Positions 11,927 through 25,500 are shown, counted from the whole stretch's first letter. The stretch: 63,541 bases of DNA, filler included, from Reclinomonas americana ATCC 50394 (GCA_048213135.1; 13 parts of 13 records of this genome joined end to end with filler, not necessarily neighbours in it); one strand, 5' to 3'. Notes: generated by a model from the letters alone, not told the origin. Numbers and translations are program-made.

Positions 11927-12553
11927 TTAGACTACCATGGTGGGCAACCACCTCTCCACTACCGCATACACATCGTCGCGTTTGAACGGCTGTCGGGAGA
12001 ATTGGTCAGTGGCGCACAACACGTCGTGCGGCAGATGGCGGATGCATGCACGAACTCAACTTTGGTGACGACCTGGTTCATGCCGCTGCGTATGCACTCT
12101 AGTAGCTGCTCGGGTTGCGCGCTCGCCGTCACGGCCACCACTGGCGTGTCTGCACGAGTTTGATGAGCGGTACGCCTACACAACGGATGACGAACGACAG
12201 CACGCGTTGCGTTTGTACCTCGAGCAACTCCGTTCGTCTTTTCGACTTCTCGAATGCGGCGAGTGGCCTCGTATCCGTCCTGTGCCACATGGGAGGTTAG
12301 TATTCGCGTTCAGCGGTGTTTGTGTGTGTCTCCCTTCTCACCATCACTGGCATCATGCAGTCCATGAGTACGAGATCGAATGGCTCGGTACTCAAGCTGG
12401 ACTCAAACGCCTTCACGGCCTCCAGCCCATCCGCCACCACCACCACCTGTACGCTGCCGCCGATCTTCTTGAGCATCGCGGTGAGGATGCGCTGGTTGAC
12501 CTTGAGCACCCACTTTGTCAGCACGTTTGCGCTCATCTCCCTCTCTCTCTCTC

Positions 12554-12609
<56 letters not shown>

Positions 12610-15600
12610 CACCAACCGTATTGTCTTCGGCCAGAAGCACGTGCAAGCACAGGCCAGCCGCGACCTCTGGTACACGCATGGGTACCGGCGACATGGGACT
12701 CCGCGTGGAATTTATATTCCACGATTGACGACCAGAAGTCGGCACCAGAGCTGAGGGCGAGGTAGATGCAGGTGACCCCAGCGGCGGGCGGCGGTACAAC
12801 ACCGTTCGTACAGGCTGCGGCAGTGGCAAGTCGACAGTGGTGTCGGTGGACGATGATGTGGGTGACGGTGATTGGGATAGTGCTGCTGCTTTTGGGGCAC
12901 TTGGCCATGTACTGCACATGCTTGGCAGTGACTGCACGGCGGCCAACTGTGACGGCGGTGACGGTGTGTTGACCGGAATGTCGTAAAACGGGCTCGTCAC
13001 CGCGTCACCCAAAGTCGTCGGTACAGGCAGTATGTTTGTCTGCGCAATGGTGATGAGAGGTGATTCAGCGCGAGTGCAACAGCACAACATTGGCGCGTGT
13101 CCGTACCGGCAGTGGAGTGATTGGCATCCACGAGACCACCGGCAGCGGGACCTCGAAGGAGAACACGGCACCCTGTCCGACGATACTTGCCACGGAAATT
13201 GAGCCATTGAGCAGCTGAGCGACCTGGAGCATTGAAGGTAAGGCAAGGACACTGCTCCCGAGCGAACGACGTGGTGGTGGTGGTGGTGGTGGCTCACCGA
13301 CGCGCAAATCGGCAGTCCGAGTCCTGTGCCCGTGACGATGCTTTGGTTGTACGCGGAGATGCTTTCGCCGATTTGGATGAAAGGGTCGAAGATGACACTC
13401 ATGTGCTGCGTTGTGCATGGATTAGTGTCGCAGCACATGGACAAAGTTGATTCGTTGGTTGAGTGACGTACCTCACGATGGATGCCTGGCCCGTCGTCCA
13501 CCACGTCAAACCGCACGGTCGCCACTTCGGGTCCGTTCGGCTCGATGCGCCTGGCGCCCTCGACGCACCACACGTCCACCCGCACGCTCCGTCGTGCGAA
13601 CTTGACGGCATTGTCGACCAGATTCAGCAGCACCTGTGATTTTGCGTGGTGAGACGTCCGGCACAACGATGCTGTTACTCAGGAGGCTCGCATACTTGGC
13701 GAATCCGGTGCGGATCCGAGCGCACCACGGCCGGCGGCAGCTGCAGAGGGCTGGGTAACTCTACAGCAGGTGACAGGGCCTGCGGCATGTCGAGAGATGG
13801 CGCCGAAGAGGCCGCTGTCATTGGTGACACGGAGCGCGACGACGAATGTGGACTGTCAGTGTCCGACGTCATGACAAACGGTGCGAATAGAGGCAAGGCC
13901 GAGGCCGAGGCCACGAGGCGTAGATTCGACTCACTGGCGCGGCTAGCCATGGACGGAACCACGGTTTTTCTAAGCTCTTCGCGGACCATGGCCGCCACAT
14001 CCGCCTCCTGCTCCGATCGGCGCTTGTCGGTGGCCACCGTGACGCCGGGAATGTCGGGTATGTCGGGAGTGAAGGGTGTTGCTGCAGCGCGGACGCTCGA
14101 AGCGGGGACCACCGACAGTGGTCGCGCATGGTACACACCACACGGCGGCGGGCAGGCGGTGCTGCTGGAGGACGCCATGGCCGCCTCTGCCTCAATCACC
14201 TGTTCGATGGTGGGCGGCCGTGAGGCGTGCCAGCGGAAAAGCAGCCTCTTGTCGGCGACACCAATCTGCTTAATGAACATGCGAAGCGTGTTGCGAACGA
14301 GAAGTAGTAAGATGAAGTCGCGTTCCTCGACCGCAAGCTTGCCGGTCTCCAACTTGGTGAAATCCAGCAACTGCAGTGCACTCCACCATGAGCGGAAGAT
14401 CGTGCTAAAACTGCAGAACAGGGGCTAGCACGCAGCATCGTCAATGAGCCTCTGCGGTGGCGGAGAATACGTGGTGAGAGGGGGTGACAAAAGCATGATG
14501 CCAGAGTGCATCACAGAGTCGCAGTGCGTATACCATCAGACTCATCGATGAAGCTCGCATCGCCAACACCAGTTCCTGTGTGAAATAGAACTTACACACG
14601 GTTAGATTTCATGCGTTGCAGAAGTGTTCACAAGACGTCACTCGCCTCTTGCGGTGGCGTGATTTGCGTGTCCTTTTCCAGCAGATCGAGCATGGCGATT
14701 ACCGAGTGCATCTGTGTGTATGGACACGACAGTCAGAGCGTACAGTCTCGCTACACTGCACCAACGGTCGTAGCAATCAAGCGCTGCAATGTACCGGTGT
14801 ACGCATCTGAGCGGAGGAGGAGGTAGACTGTAAGGACACGGAAAAAACTGGGTACGGTATTTGGACGGAACTTCGTGACTTAGTTTGGCGTAAAACAGTC
14901 GCTTGCTTTCCACCGCAGCCTGGCTCAGGAACACATCAGTGCGCAGTAAAGTAGACTCGTGCACTCGCGACCATCCTTACCTCCGCCATGGCCTCCGCTT
15001 TCCGACGTTCCTCCACTTCTTGCATCAGACTCTGATTGGACAGAAGCAACTGCATGCGCACTCACTGGTCACTGACAATCGCCTCGCTCACTGCTTACGC
15101 ATTCAAGGTGCGTACACACCTCGCGAGTGCGCTCCTCAACTCGCTGCTCCAGCGCGGCGTTGAGGTTGCGAATGACAACCTCTGCTTGTTGTCGCTGCTG
15201 CTCGGCCATCACTGCCGTAATCAGGTTGCCGCTGCGTGTGCAGCAGTGTTGGTTGCGGCGTAGCAATCGTTATTGACGGCAGCAACACTCACCCGGTCTG
15301 CAAGAGAGGTTCAATGGTGCGCACGAGCGCCTCGTCGTAGCCCTCTGGGCGATTGGCGATGCCGACAATGCCGACCACATCGTCACGCGACTGCAAGGCG
15401 AGTTGTGCTGTGTGGTGTATAGAGAAGTGTGAGTGCCTGATTCTGGAACCAGTGGCCCCCAAGGCGACCTGCAACGACACGTGCACACCATATGTGACAA
15501 CGGGGGGGTGGTCTGACGGCATGTGCAGCAGGTGTGCCAGCTCAGAGGCGTCGTTGATCAAGAGCGCCTCGCCAGTGGCAATGGTCGACGCGAGAACACC

Positions 15601-15738
15601 GGTCCCCGTGTAAATGCGATGTGGTGCAGGTGTTCCGTCACTGCTGGATGCCTCCTCCATCCCGATCATGCCGACTGCACAGCACAGACACAGTCAGTTA
15701 ATAAGACATCGCTAGTCGCTTGCAACATTCTCCTGCCC
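11927..15738 (-). CDS. Hybrid sensor histidine kinase (GAF - coiled coil - HisKA - HATPase_c - receiver), 5' truncated by gap
   Basis: H-box FYAKLSHE|MRTP|MHSVI, RLIDD|LLDFTKLETG, N-box RIRQ|VLLNLVDNAVKF, G1 VVDDGPGI, G2 GTGLGLPIC. Receiver: VLLAEDN, FDLVLMDCMMPVM|DGYEATRRIRE, VVTK|PF. GAF: GIVGIANRPEGYDEALV. Confidence 0.92.
12557..12608. repeat. (CA)n microsatellite inside an intron (representative of many CA/GA tracts)
   Basis: Uninterrupted CA run within the receiver-domain intron. Confidence 0.95.
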
Positions 15739-15838
15739 NNNNNNNNNNNNNNNNNNNNNNNNNNNNNNNNNNNNNNNNNNNNTTAATTAATTAANNNNNN
15801 NNNNNNNNNNNNNNNNNNNNNNNNNNNNNNNNNNNNNN

Positions 15839-17150
15839 TGCCAAGCGACTCGTGGTTCACAAACTTGCTATTCAGACGCACTGCAATGAAACAGGCATGC
15901 GTTTGTCAGTGTTTCTCTTTGAACCACGAACATCCGAACATACTGCCGACGAACCAATGGCGTTGGCCACAGCGCGGCTGCGCACTCGTGGCGATCGATC
16001 ACGAGCTGGCAGACGGCGACTTACACTTGGCAGATCGTCGGCAGATTGCAGTGAGTCGTCGGGAGACAGACTCAATGTCGATTGCGTGTCGGTACCTGCG
16101 AACGTGCGATGAGTCGAAACCACCACAGCCGTGTTGGAAGGGCTCAACTGCAACTTGGATGAGCAGGCCGCACTCGGAGACCACAGCGTCGGCAGCGCTG
16201 TGGGACTATTGGTGCCTCGACGCTCATTGTATGCAGTTGTGGCGCAGATTCTGTGCAGGCAGTCGCAGCGAGCTCTTGGAGCGACGACGTTGCCGACGCA
16301 GAAGTGGGGAGTGGATTGCTCGCACTGTCGCTGGCCTCGGTCAACAGCGACGTCAGCGGTATACTACAATGACACCAAGGATGTAGCGTCGCTGGCTCAC
16401 TGCGTTCCTCTGGTGCCATCACCGCTGGAAGGAAGTACAGTATCTCGGAAAAATTAGCACTACTGCGCATACTCCGCGGAAGGATGTGGCGGTACGATCG
16501 TCATTCGGAGAACAATTCTTGTGCGCACGCACCTATGGGAAGAGAGAGCACATGCCCTCGTTGTATGGAGCTGTGCTGCGTGGCGTCCATCGCTGCAGCG
16601 GGATACTTGTCGGTCAAGCGGACCGGTACGAGGAGAAAAACAGCCGGCGCGGGGAATTTGCACTGGGTACTTGCGCTGTGTTGACACGCGGTCACACATC
16701 CACACATCCACACGCACGCTCATATACAAAAGCACGCACCCCGTCACCCACACTAGCACTTATATATCACACGCACCTTAGAGGCGGGTGTGCAGAACTC
16801 GTACAAAGTCAACGTAGAGTGTAATGTCGCGATCGACGGAGCTCGAGAGTCCGTTGGGTCTGCACGCGTCTTCTCTTGGTGAGCAGCGATGACTGCCTTC
16901 TCCACAACGCTTTCGGGTGGGGCTGTGAATGTGCACCTGATGTGCGTGTGCTCGCACAGCGACAGGAAAATGAAGAACTGTGTCGCAGATATTGGCAACC
17001 AGTAAGTCACTGGTTGTCTTTCCAGATCTGTAAGAATCCTCGCGAATTTGCACACGTGCTTTCCTTGCGTCTAGAACTACGAGGGTGTGGGGCGGTGGGG
17101 ACGGGGGAGCTGCAGAGGTGGCGGCAAGTCGTGCTGCTGCACATGCGCGA
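15839..17150 (-). CDS. Possible hypothetical protein, divergent from RCE1
   Basis: Several minus-strand ORFs of 70-130 aa with no recognisable motif; structure not resolved. Confidence 0.2.
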
Positions 17151-17200
17151 AGACATTGCATTTTCATTGGAACTTTCCGAATTCATCATCCGTTCGCTAC

Positions 17201-18403
17201 ATGGCGCAAGTGTGGGCCGCCATTCTGGAGGTGCTGGCCATCTCCCTCGCCTTCGTGTTCTCGTTGTATGTGTTTGGTGGTGGTCTTCGTGCACGACGCG
17301 ACGATCCAGCCGTGATCAAGCGACGCATCGCCACTGCGCTGTTGACCAGCGCAGCTGGATGGCTCTATGTGGCCCTGGTGCGAGAGCCATTGGAGCCACC
17401 GCTCACCGCCGCAGAGACACTCGGCTTGTGGCCTCTGCGGTGCGTCGCGCAAAGAATGCCCGAGTGTGTGTGTGCGTGTGTGTGTGTTTCCCTGACTCAC
17501 TGGCACACAGACCACTGGCGATCGCCACTCCCGTCATTCTCGTCATGTTTGGCTATGCCGGTCACCTGTGCAACAGGTGCATGGCGGGCGCGGAGAGGTA
17601 TGTGGAGGATGACGATGATGATGAGCCGAAGCGTGAGCAGCCGCTGGCGGTGTTTCGCGATGTGATCATCGTTGCGTGTGTGCATGTGCATGCATATGCT
17701 CTTTTCATGCGGATGCAGAGTTTGATGGACAGAGTACGCCTTGCGTTTTGCCACAGAGTCCGTTGGTGGAGGAGGCCGTGTACCGAGCCATCAGCATTCC
17801 GATTTTGTTGTCGTCGGGCTTGTCGCTCGGGTGGACGGTGCTGGTGTCGTCGTTGATGTTTGGCCTCTGTTGCGTCCCTCCCTTCGCCGAGGTGTGTGTG
17901 CCTACTGCGCTGACAAGCACGCCATTGTCGTAGCGCATTCGCACCAGTTTGTGGATCGCATCAAGGAACGCGGTTGCTCGTGGCGCGAAGTCGTGCTGCT
18001 CACAGGTGAACTTGCAGTGCGAGGGGGTGTCGAGAACGTTGCTGACACTCACTCCCTCTCCCAGTGTTCCAGAACGCGTACACGGCGCTGTATGGAGCAT
18101 TTGCTGGCTACTGGTTCATTGTTTCCGGTGAGAGCCACTCCGCAAGTCAGTGCTGCTGGTGCTCGCTCACTCACTCGTGCACTCGCAGGCCAGATATATG
18201 GGCCGATTTTGTCGCACTTGGTGTGCAACGTGTGCCAGTTGCCGACGCTGCCTTGTCCTCGTCACCCGCATCGCGTGCTTGTGTACATAATCTACCTCAC
18301 TGGCTTTGTGGCTCTCGGCGTGTGTTGGTGGGCGCTCTCGACGCAAGTGTGGCTCGACTCACCATTCCACCGGTTGCCGTCTCTCGGCAGTGGCGACAAA
18401 TGA
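17201..18403 (+). CDS. RCE1: CAAX prenyl protease 2 (Rce1, CPBP/Abi family)
   Basis: RDDPAVIKRR, RDVII|SPLVEEAVYR (EE..R motif), FGL|SHSH, FQNAYTALYG, GPILSHLVCN; multiple TM segments. Confidence 0.9.
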
Positions 18404-18446
18404 ATACATAGACACTCGATTTATCGCTGCTTCGTTCTCCGCGAAC

Positions 18447-21400
18447 TCACAGTCCTATTCTACGCGGCGTTCGCAGCGGGGTCGGTGCCTTGCCAGACCG
18501 CGGCTGGCCTGGCGTCACGATGCGACTTGCAGACGGCTGACGCGACCCCGTTGCGCCCGACTGCAACACGCACACACAATGTCAGCGACGGCCGATCAAG
18601 TGAGCGTTGCCGGTCACACTCACCTCCTCCCGTTTGGAGCGCTCCGCCATCTCTTCTTCGTACTCACGATCCATGGCCTCCTTGTCCTCCTTTTCCTTCT
18701 TCCGTTTCAGCTGCGCGCGCACACACACGTACAGTGAGTGCGACGGAGACAACACTCACACCAACACACTACTATTGCCACGAAACCAGACGGGTCTTGA
18801 ACGACTCCTTGACAGTGAAGAACATGGGTCCGAGTTCGGCCAACCACAGCGGGTCCACACTCGTCACATACTGCATGTACTCCTTGGTCGTGTACGTAAG
18901 TTCGTGGTACACCACGTAGTCGGGTGTGACTGCAGTGGGGAGAAAAAATGAATACGGGAGGGTAACGGAAGACCGGCAAACAGCATGCACTCACATCCCA
19001 TGCCGTACAGTGACGAACTCGGATGCAGATGGCACGGAATGCCAGTCAGCATGTTCACATACTCGCCGACGCCCTTCAGACGCGCCGAGTTGTTAAAGTA
19101 CGCAGAACAAATCGCTTTTCTGCAGTCGACTTTGTGAGCATAAAAAAGTGGTACAGAAAGGATGTCGCCGGCACGAACCGCACAACGTCCCACTCGGTAC
19201 CGCACGACACGAGCCTCATCTTCTCCGTCTTGACAATGTCGGCCAGCTGTCCGCGGATTTCTTGCACCTTGCGCAGACTCTTGTAGTTGAGGAAATGCTC
19301 GCGACACCATGTGGCGCTGTAGGCATTCATCTTCCACTGCTGGTACACGTGGAGCAGAGTCCTGCAATCACACCCGTGCGCGTCAGCACAAGTTGTACCC
19401 CCCACGTGTCACAGTCAGTGGACGTAAACGCAACAAGTGATCCGACTCCGGCACAAAGAACTTTTCACGCGCCGAGTCACTCTCCTCTTCCTGTTCGCGG
19501 GGTCGCACAAAGATACTCGGTACCGACAGCATGGAGACCACGGTCTGGCGCATTTATAGGATCGGTGAGTTCAACAATTGTTGTGGTTGCTCTCTTCTCC
19601 TCTCCGCGAGGCCAGTCACACTCACCAACACCTCCTGCAGACAGCCCAGCTCCTCCGACTTGATGACCATGGCGGCCAGCGGCGGATCCAGCGGGAACTC
19701 AATCATCTTCTTGCCGAAATCAGTAATGTGCCCGGAATTGTCGAGCGCCGACAGCATCCACAGTTGGTACATGGAGTTGAGCAGGTTTTCCTGTGCGTGC
19801 AGGTGTTGAGCGAGTGGCGAGACGCACGTCACACTCATTCTCTCCATCCGATGCCCAACAGACCTGCGGAGGCGGATCCATAAACTCGAATTCGAGCAGA
19901 TTGTCAATGCCGAGGCTCTTCAGCAGCAACACCACGTGACCGAGATTCGTGCGCTGAATCTCGGGCACGGTAGCCGACAGCAGCTCCATGCGGTACTGGC
20001 GTTCCGTGTACAGACGATAGCAGCAGCCGGGACCTGTGCGACCGGCACGACCTTTGCGCTGATTGGCGGCGGCCTGACTGACCGGGAACACTTGCAGTGC
20101 GTCCATGCCGACTTTCGGATTGAAGACCTTGAGCTTGCACATGCCCGTGTCGATGACGTACTTGATGCCGTCGACTGTCAGCGACGTCTCCGCAATGTTG
20201 GTGCACACGATGCACTTGCGCGTGCCAGGTGGAGGCGGCTCAAAGATCAACGCCTGCTTCTCCGACGGCATCAGCGAGTACAACGGGAGCACCCACATTG
20301 GCGGCACATCGGTACCGAGGGCCTTGAGGCGCTCTGCATCGTGAACGAAGGTAAGTACACGACGGGATGATTATGGATTCACGGGCCGTGAGTCACCTTC
20401 TAACACGTAGCACGTGGTCTCAATATCCTCCTGACCGGTCATGAAAATCAGAATGTCGCCATCGCCAGCGTCCTTGGTCAGGTGAATCGAAAGAGCCTAC
20501 ACGCACACAGCAACCAGTGTCAGTGATGATGGTGACAATGAGCATTTCGTCTTGCAGCACCTGCTTGATGGCTCCAGCCACGTAGTCATCGCACGTGGAT
20601 TGCGCGTGGAAGACTTCGACGGGGAAGGTGCGACCGGGGATGTAGTACACCGGTACACCGCCAAAGAACTCGGCAAACTGCACACACGCTTCGAATGAGT
20701 ACAAGAACACGCGAGTGTCTCTTCCTCCCCCACACTTCGCGCACCCTGTTCGCATCGAGGGTGGCCGACGTCACAATCAGTTTCAAATCGCGGCGCCGTG
20801 AGACGACTTTCTTGAGAATGCCGAACAGGATGTCGGTGTGCAGCGAGCGCTCGTGCGCCTCGTCCATCACCAGACAGCTGTACTTGTCCAAGTCGGGCTC
20901 AGTCAGCGACTCACGCAACAACACGCCGTCGGTCATATCTGCGCGTAAGTAAATGCAGTTAGCGCATGTATAGCGAGAGGAAAGGCAACGCATAAAAAAA
21001 TGGACGCAACATTTGATGACGGTCTTGTCGGATGTGACATCCTCGAAGCGGATGGAATAACCGCACTTGTCGCCGAGCTCTACACCCAACTCGTCACTGA
21101 CACGCTTGGCAATCGACATGGCGGCCACACGGCGCGGCTGTGTGCATCCAATCATGCCGTAATTTGAGTAGCCGTCCTCGTGCAAGTACTGCGTGAGCTG
21201 TGTCGTCTTGCCGGAACCCGTCTCACCGACCACAATCACCACTGCGTGGATGAGAAACAAAGCGTAAATCGCCAAGCCATCGCAGCAACACAGCATGACA
21301 CCTTTCGCACCATTGTTCTCCTTGATGATCTGTAGCAGCTCATCACGGCACGAGTAGACGGGGAGCGACTCTCGTTGCTCCTTGATTGTTTTGGTGCGAG

Positions 21401-24256
21401 CGAAAACCGACTGACCGCCCCACTTGGCCGTCTTGATTGTCGACGCAAACTGGCTGTCTCGTCGCAAGTCCTCATCCTGGCGCATCTCCTCGTCCTCCGC
21501 CTACGAACACAGGTTCATGAGCTTCAAGGGGAGACGGGGGAAACGGGGAAAGAGGTACGCAACTTCCCGACGTAATCTCTCGGCGGGGATGGCCGGACCA
21601 ATGGAGGGATTGAGTGCGCGATCGACAGCCTCACGTTCCTCACGCAACAGTCGCGCGTTTCGCTCTTCTGCCGTCTCTGACGGGCCTGCTTCTTCCACTA
21701 CTTGCGTCGGCTGCCACATTGTACGACGCGCGTAAGTGAAACGAGCAGAGCGACCGACAGACGAGAAAAGCAACGTCTCACCTTGGTGTGTCGCTGCTCC
21801 AGCTCGGCGATCTGCGCGGCATTGCCGCCAATCAAACCACCCACCTCCTTTTCCGCTTCATCCTGCACAGTGGAAACGACGAGGAGACCTAATGAGTGTG
21901 GGGAGAAACGTCGGCGACCTTCTTATTGCCACGCACCTCTTCACGAACGCCCGTGAGCTTGCCCATGGTGGTGCCGGCCAACTTGAACTTAGCGGCCGTG
22001 GCCTTTTCGCGCTCTCGCCGCTCACGCACCTGTCTCAGCATCGGGCTTCCCTTTCTGTGCCACCATTGTGTGAGACAAGCGACCTCGTGTTGAAGACACA
22101 CACACACATCATCATCATCATCATTATCACTGCTTCACGCAAAAAACCTGGCGAGAATGGCCATGTCTGAGGTTTCGTCCTTGACGGGATACACGGGATC
22201 AGCCTGCACTGTGAACACGATGCGACCGTCCAGGAACGGAGGCTTGATTTGGTTGACGAGCAGGTGGATGGCGGTCTCTTCCTCGTTGTCGAAATCCAGG
22301 TCCACCTGCGACCGCGAAAAAAACCAAATCAGCAGTCAAACACAGGCGGTAGCTGCATTATCCGGCATGGAGTACCTCACGGCCAAGAACTGCGCCACTG
22401 CGCATGAGCAAGTTCTCCTCCCATCGCTCGTTGTCTTGCATGTTTTGTGTGGCACGAGCGGACATGCGCTTTGTCGCCCGCTTCTTCATCTCTTCCTCAC
22501 TGCGCGCCGACGCACAGCGAGGGTGAGGCACTGTGCGGTGTATGCGAGTATGCGCATATGCGAAAGACGAACCGCTCACGCCACTTGTCTGCGTTTCCCA
22601 TGAACGGATCATGCGTCATGTCCACCGCCTCACTCTCCTCAGCGTCGTACCACTGCCGGTCCGCATCCTCATCGTCCTCCCAGCCGGCAGTGTGTGCGTC
22701 TTCATCACCTCCTCGACTGCGAGGGGGTGATGCAGCAGCTGACTCGCCGCGACCCCTGTCGCCACCACGATTTCCACGCTCCCACGAATTCATGCGATGC
22801 GACGGTGTGGCACGCGGCGATTCGTCGTACTGATAGCGAGACGACTGGCCACTGCGCACCAAGATCGATGAGTGCCGCGGAAAGCACGACGTACAGTCAC
22901 ACTCGGTACGCACCTCGATCCTCCACTTCGTCCGTCCTCTGTGGGCCGGCGAGGTGTTGCGGACTCCCACGAGTCGCGACTGCTGCTACGGCTGCCACTA
23001 CGATCCTCCCACCGCCGACTCGCTCCACGACCATCCGAGCCTTCACGATCGCTCCGTCCACTGCTGCTTCCGCTGCCGCTGCTGCTGCCACTACCATCTC
23101 GCCGCAACGACCAGTCATCCCGACTGCCGCCGCCGCCTCCCCGTGACGAGCGACCACTCTCGTCCACTCTGCGCCGCTTGTCCGACGGCGCTTCGTCTCC
23201 TCCTCTCCGATCTCGATCCGGACTCGCCGCTCGCTTGGTGGTGAAGCTCTGCGTAGAGGTATCGCGTGAGTGATGGAGAAGAGGGAGCAAGAAGGGTGAG
23301 AAACGACCAGCCAGACCTCGCCGCGCTGCTTCGACGACCGACTTCGCTCGTCAACAATCTGCTTCACGTGCGGATCGACACCGCCAGGATGCGACGGTGT
23401 GTCAGCCGCACTACCACGCGAGCGAAACTGCTTGCGCTGGTCGGCTCTGAGAGAAAACGAGTCGTCTGCGCCGTCTCCGTCTTCGTCGGCATCTCCCCAC
23501 TTCATACTCGGCGCACCACCACGTTGCCGCTCCAACTCCTTCTCGCGTCGCTTGACCTCGGCCAGATCGTCGAGACCCAACCGCGAGCGTTGCGGGGCCG
23601 TAAACACATGTCGCTGCAGATTGAGACAGAGATGAGGAAGGGAGGAGGGAGGCACACGCGTGGCAAGCACAGCTCACCTGCCCGACACCAACAACCAGGC
23701 CGCCCTTGCCCATGGCCGGCATCTCCAGCTTCTCTGAGGCACCGAACTGCACGCCGTGCAGATCAGAGCCCTCGCCCATGTCGACATCGCCAGAGACACC
23801 GGCCTCCTCGCATCGAAGCACCTGCGAGCACAGATAGCACATTCAGGCACGATGCATTCAATGCATTGAGCGCGAAAAAACATAATGCACACCTGCTGCA
23901 CCGACTCGTACATGCGACGACAGCCAGAGGACGACAGAAAGCCATAGCTGCGAGCACCTACGCGCGCGTGTGAGTTGGAGAAGGGGACAAGTGCGAGTGG
24001 ACATGAACGCCCAGCGCCTTCCTCACGCGCGCGCGCGCGCGCGCTCTCTCTCTCTCTTTCCTGCTCTCTCTGTCACGCACTCACCCTTCTCAAACTCCTC
24101 AAAGGTGCCTGCGGCCTTGGCCTTGGCCAGCAGATTGGCACTCAGCATGCGGTTTTCCACACTCAGCTCACTGCGCAGCACTGCAGCAATGTCGCCGAGA
24201 GCAGAGCTCCAGCTGCTGCTGCCACCACCACCACTCGCACCAGTGCCACCGCTCAT
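18447..24256 (-). CDS. PRP16: Pre-mRNA splicing DEAH-box helicase Prp16/DHX38
   Basis: [81 protein letters not shown], and C-terminal TPRRIGL. Many introns. Confidence 0.95.
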
Positions 24257-24329
24257 CGCACTACGTATGAAAGAGAACAAAGGAGTCCTGTGCAACGCGC
24301 AAAGGACAACTTCGCACTCACTGTGTCAA

Positions 24330-25500
24330 ATGGAAGCGACGCCGGTGGTTCTCTGCCGGCATGCTTCCGCGGTGAACTGTGTGACTGTGACACCAGACGG
24401 GCAGTACATTGTTTCTGGGAGCAACGATGGAACAGTGCGAGTGTTGTGCGCGGGCAGTGGGCGACAGGTGAGGCAGCTCGACACGGCCAACACAACGCCG
24501 ACGCACAAGGCGGTGAGTTGCCTGCGTGTCTTATGTGCCGTTGGTAGTGTGCGCGCTCAGTCTTGTGTTGTAGGGACGAATGGCCAGTCGCGTGCGATGT
24601 GTGGCGGTGACTCGCGACAGTCAGCGCATACTAGCAGGTTGCTACGATGGGGTTGTGCGTGTGTGGGCGCACAGAAGCGAGGCGGATGAGGTGCAGCTAC
24701 TGTTGGGACACACTGAAGAGGTGGAGTTGGTGCTGGTGGCGAGCGATGGAGAGCATGTGGTGACGAGCAGCTGGGACGGTTCCATGCGGGTGTGGTTGCT
24801 GACGCGCGATGGCGGGCGTCAGCTGCTGAGCACTCAGCGTGTCAGTCGGTTCGTCATAGCGCTGACCCCCAGTGATCAGCTTGTTGTGATGGGCTCGATG
24901 GATAAGACGGTGCAAGTGCGCTCGCTGGCCACTGACGAAGAGGTGCGCTGTTGGAAGGGCATTAGCGGCATGTACATGTCGTCGATTGCGGTGTCCCCCG
25001 ACGGTCAGTACGTCGTGGGGGGCCATCAACATGGTCTGCTCGCATTGTGGTTGCTGGAGAGTGGCCAGCTCGTGCACAGTTGGCGGGCACACACGTCGGC
25101 CGTCGTTTCGCTGGCGGTGACACCCGATTCGAAACACATTGTCTCACGCGGCTTTGACAAGACGGTGCGGGTGTATTCGCTGGCCACACAGCAGTCAGTC
25201 TGTGAACTTGTGGCCGACGAAGTGATCTCCGTGGCGGTGACACCCGACGGTCAGCGTATTGTGGGAGGGCGCTCCGACGGTGTCGTGCAAGTGTGGTCGA
25301 CTCGCTACGCCCTCGCTCGTCACGAGCTTGCGTGTGCGCTAGCCGCACTGGACGTGGTGCGGGAAATGCAGCCGCCAGAGGTGGTGGATGTGGATGACCC
25401 TGAGCGCAGGTGCCTGGCGGAGATCGTGCTTCGCTGTTTCCTCGCCGAGGAGGCGCAGGTCACCGTGCATCGTTGTGTGGCGACACAGCAGTTCCTGTGA
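24330..25500 (+). CDS. WD40-repeat protein with helical C-terminal tail
   Basis: HASAVNCVTVTPDGQYIVSGSNDGTVRV, AHTSAVVSLAVTPDSKHIVS; one intron near 24513-24573; tail CLAEIVLRCFLAEEA. Confidence 0.9.
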
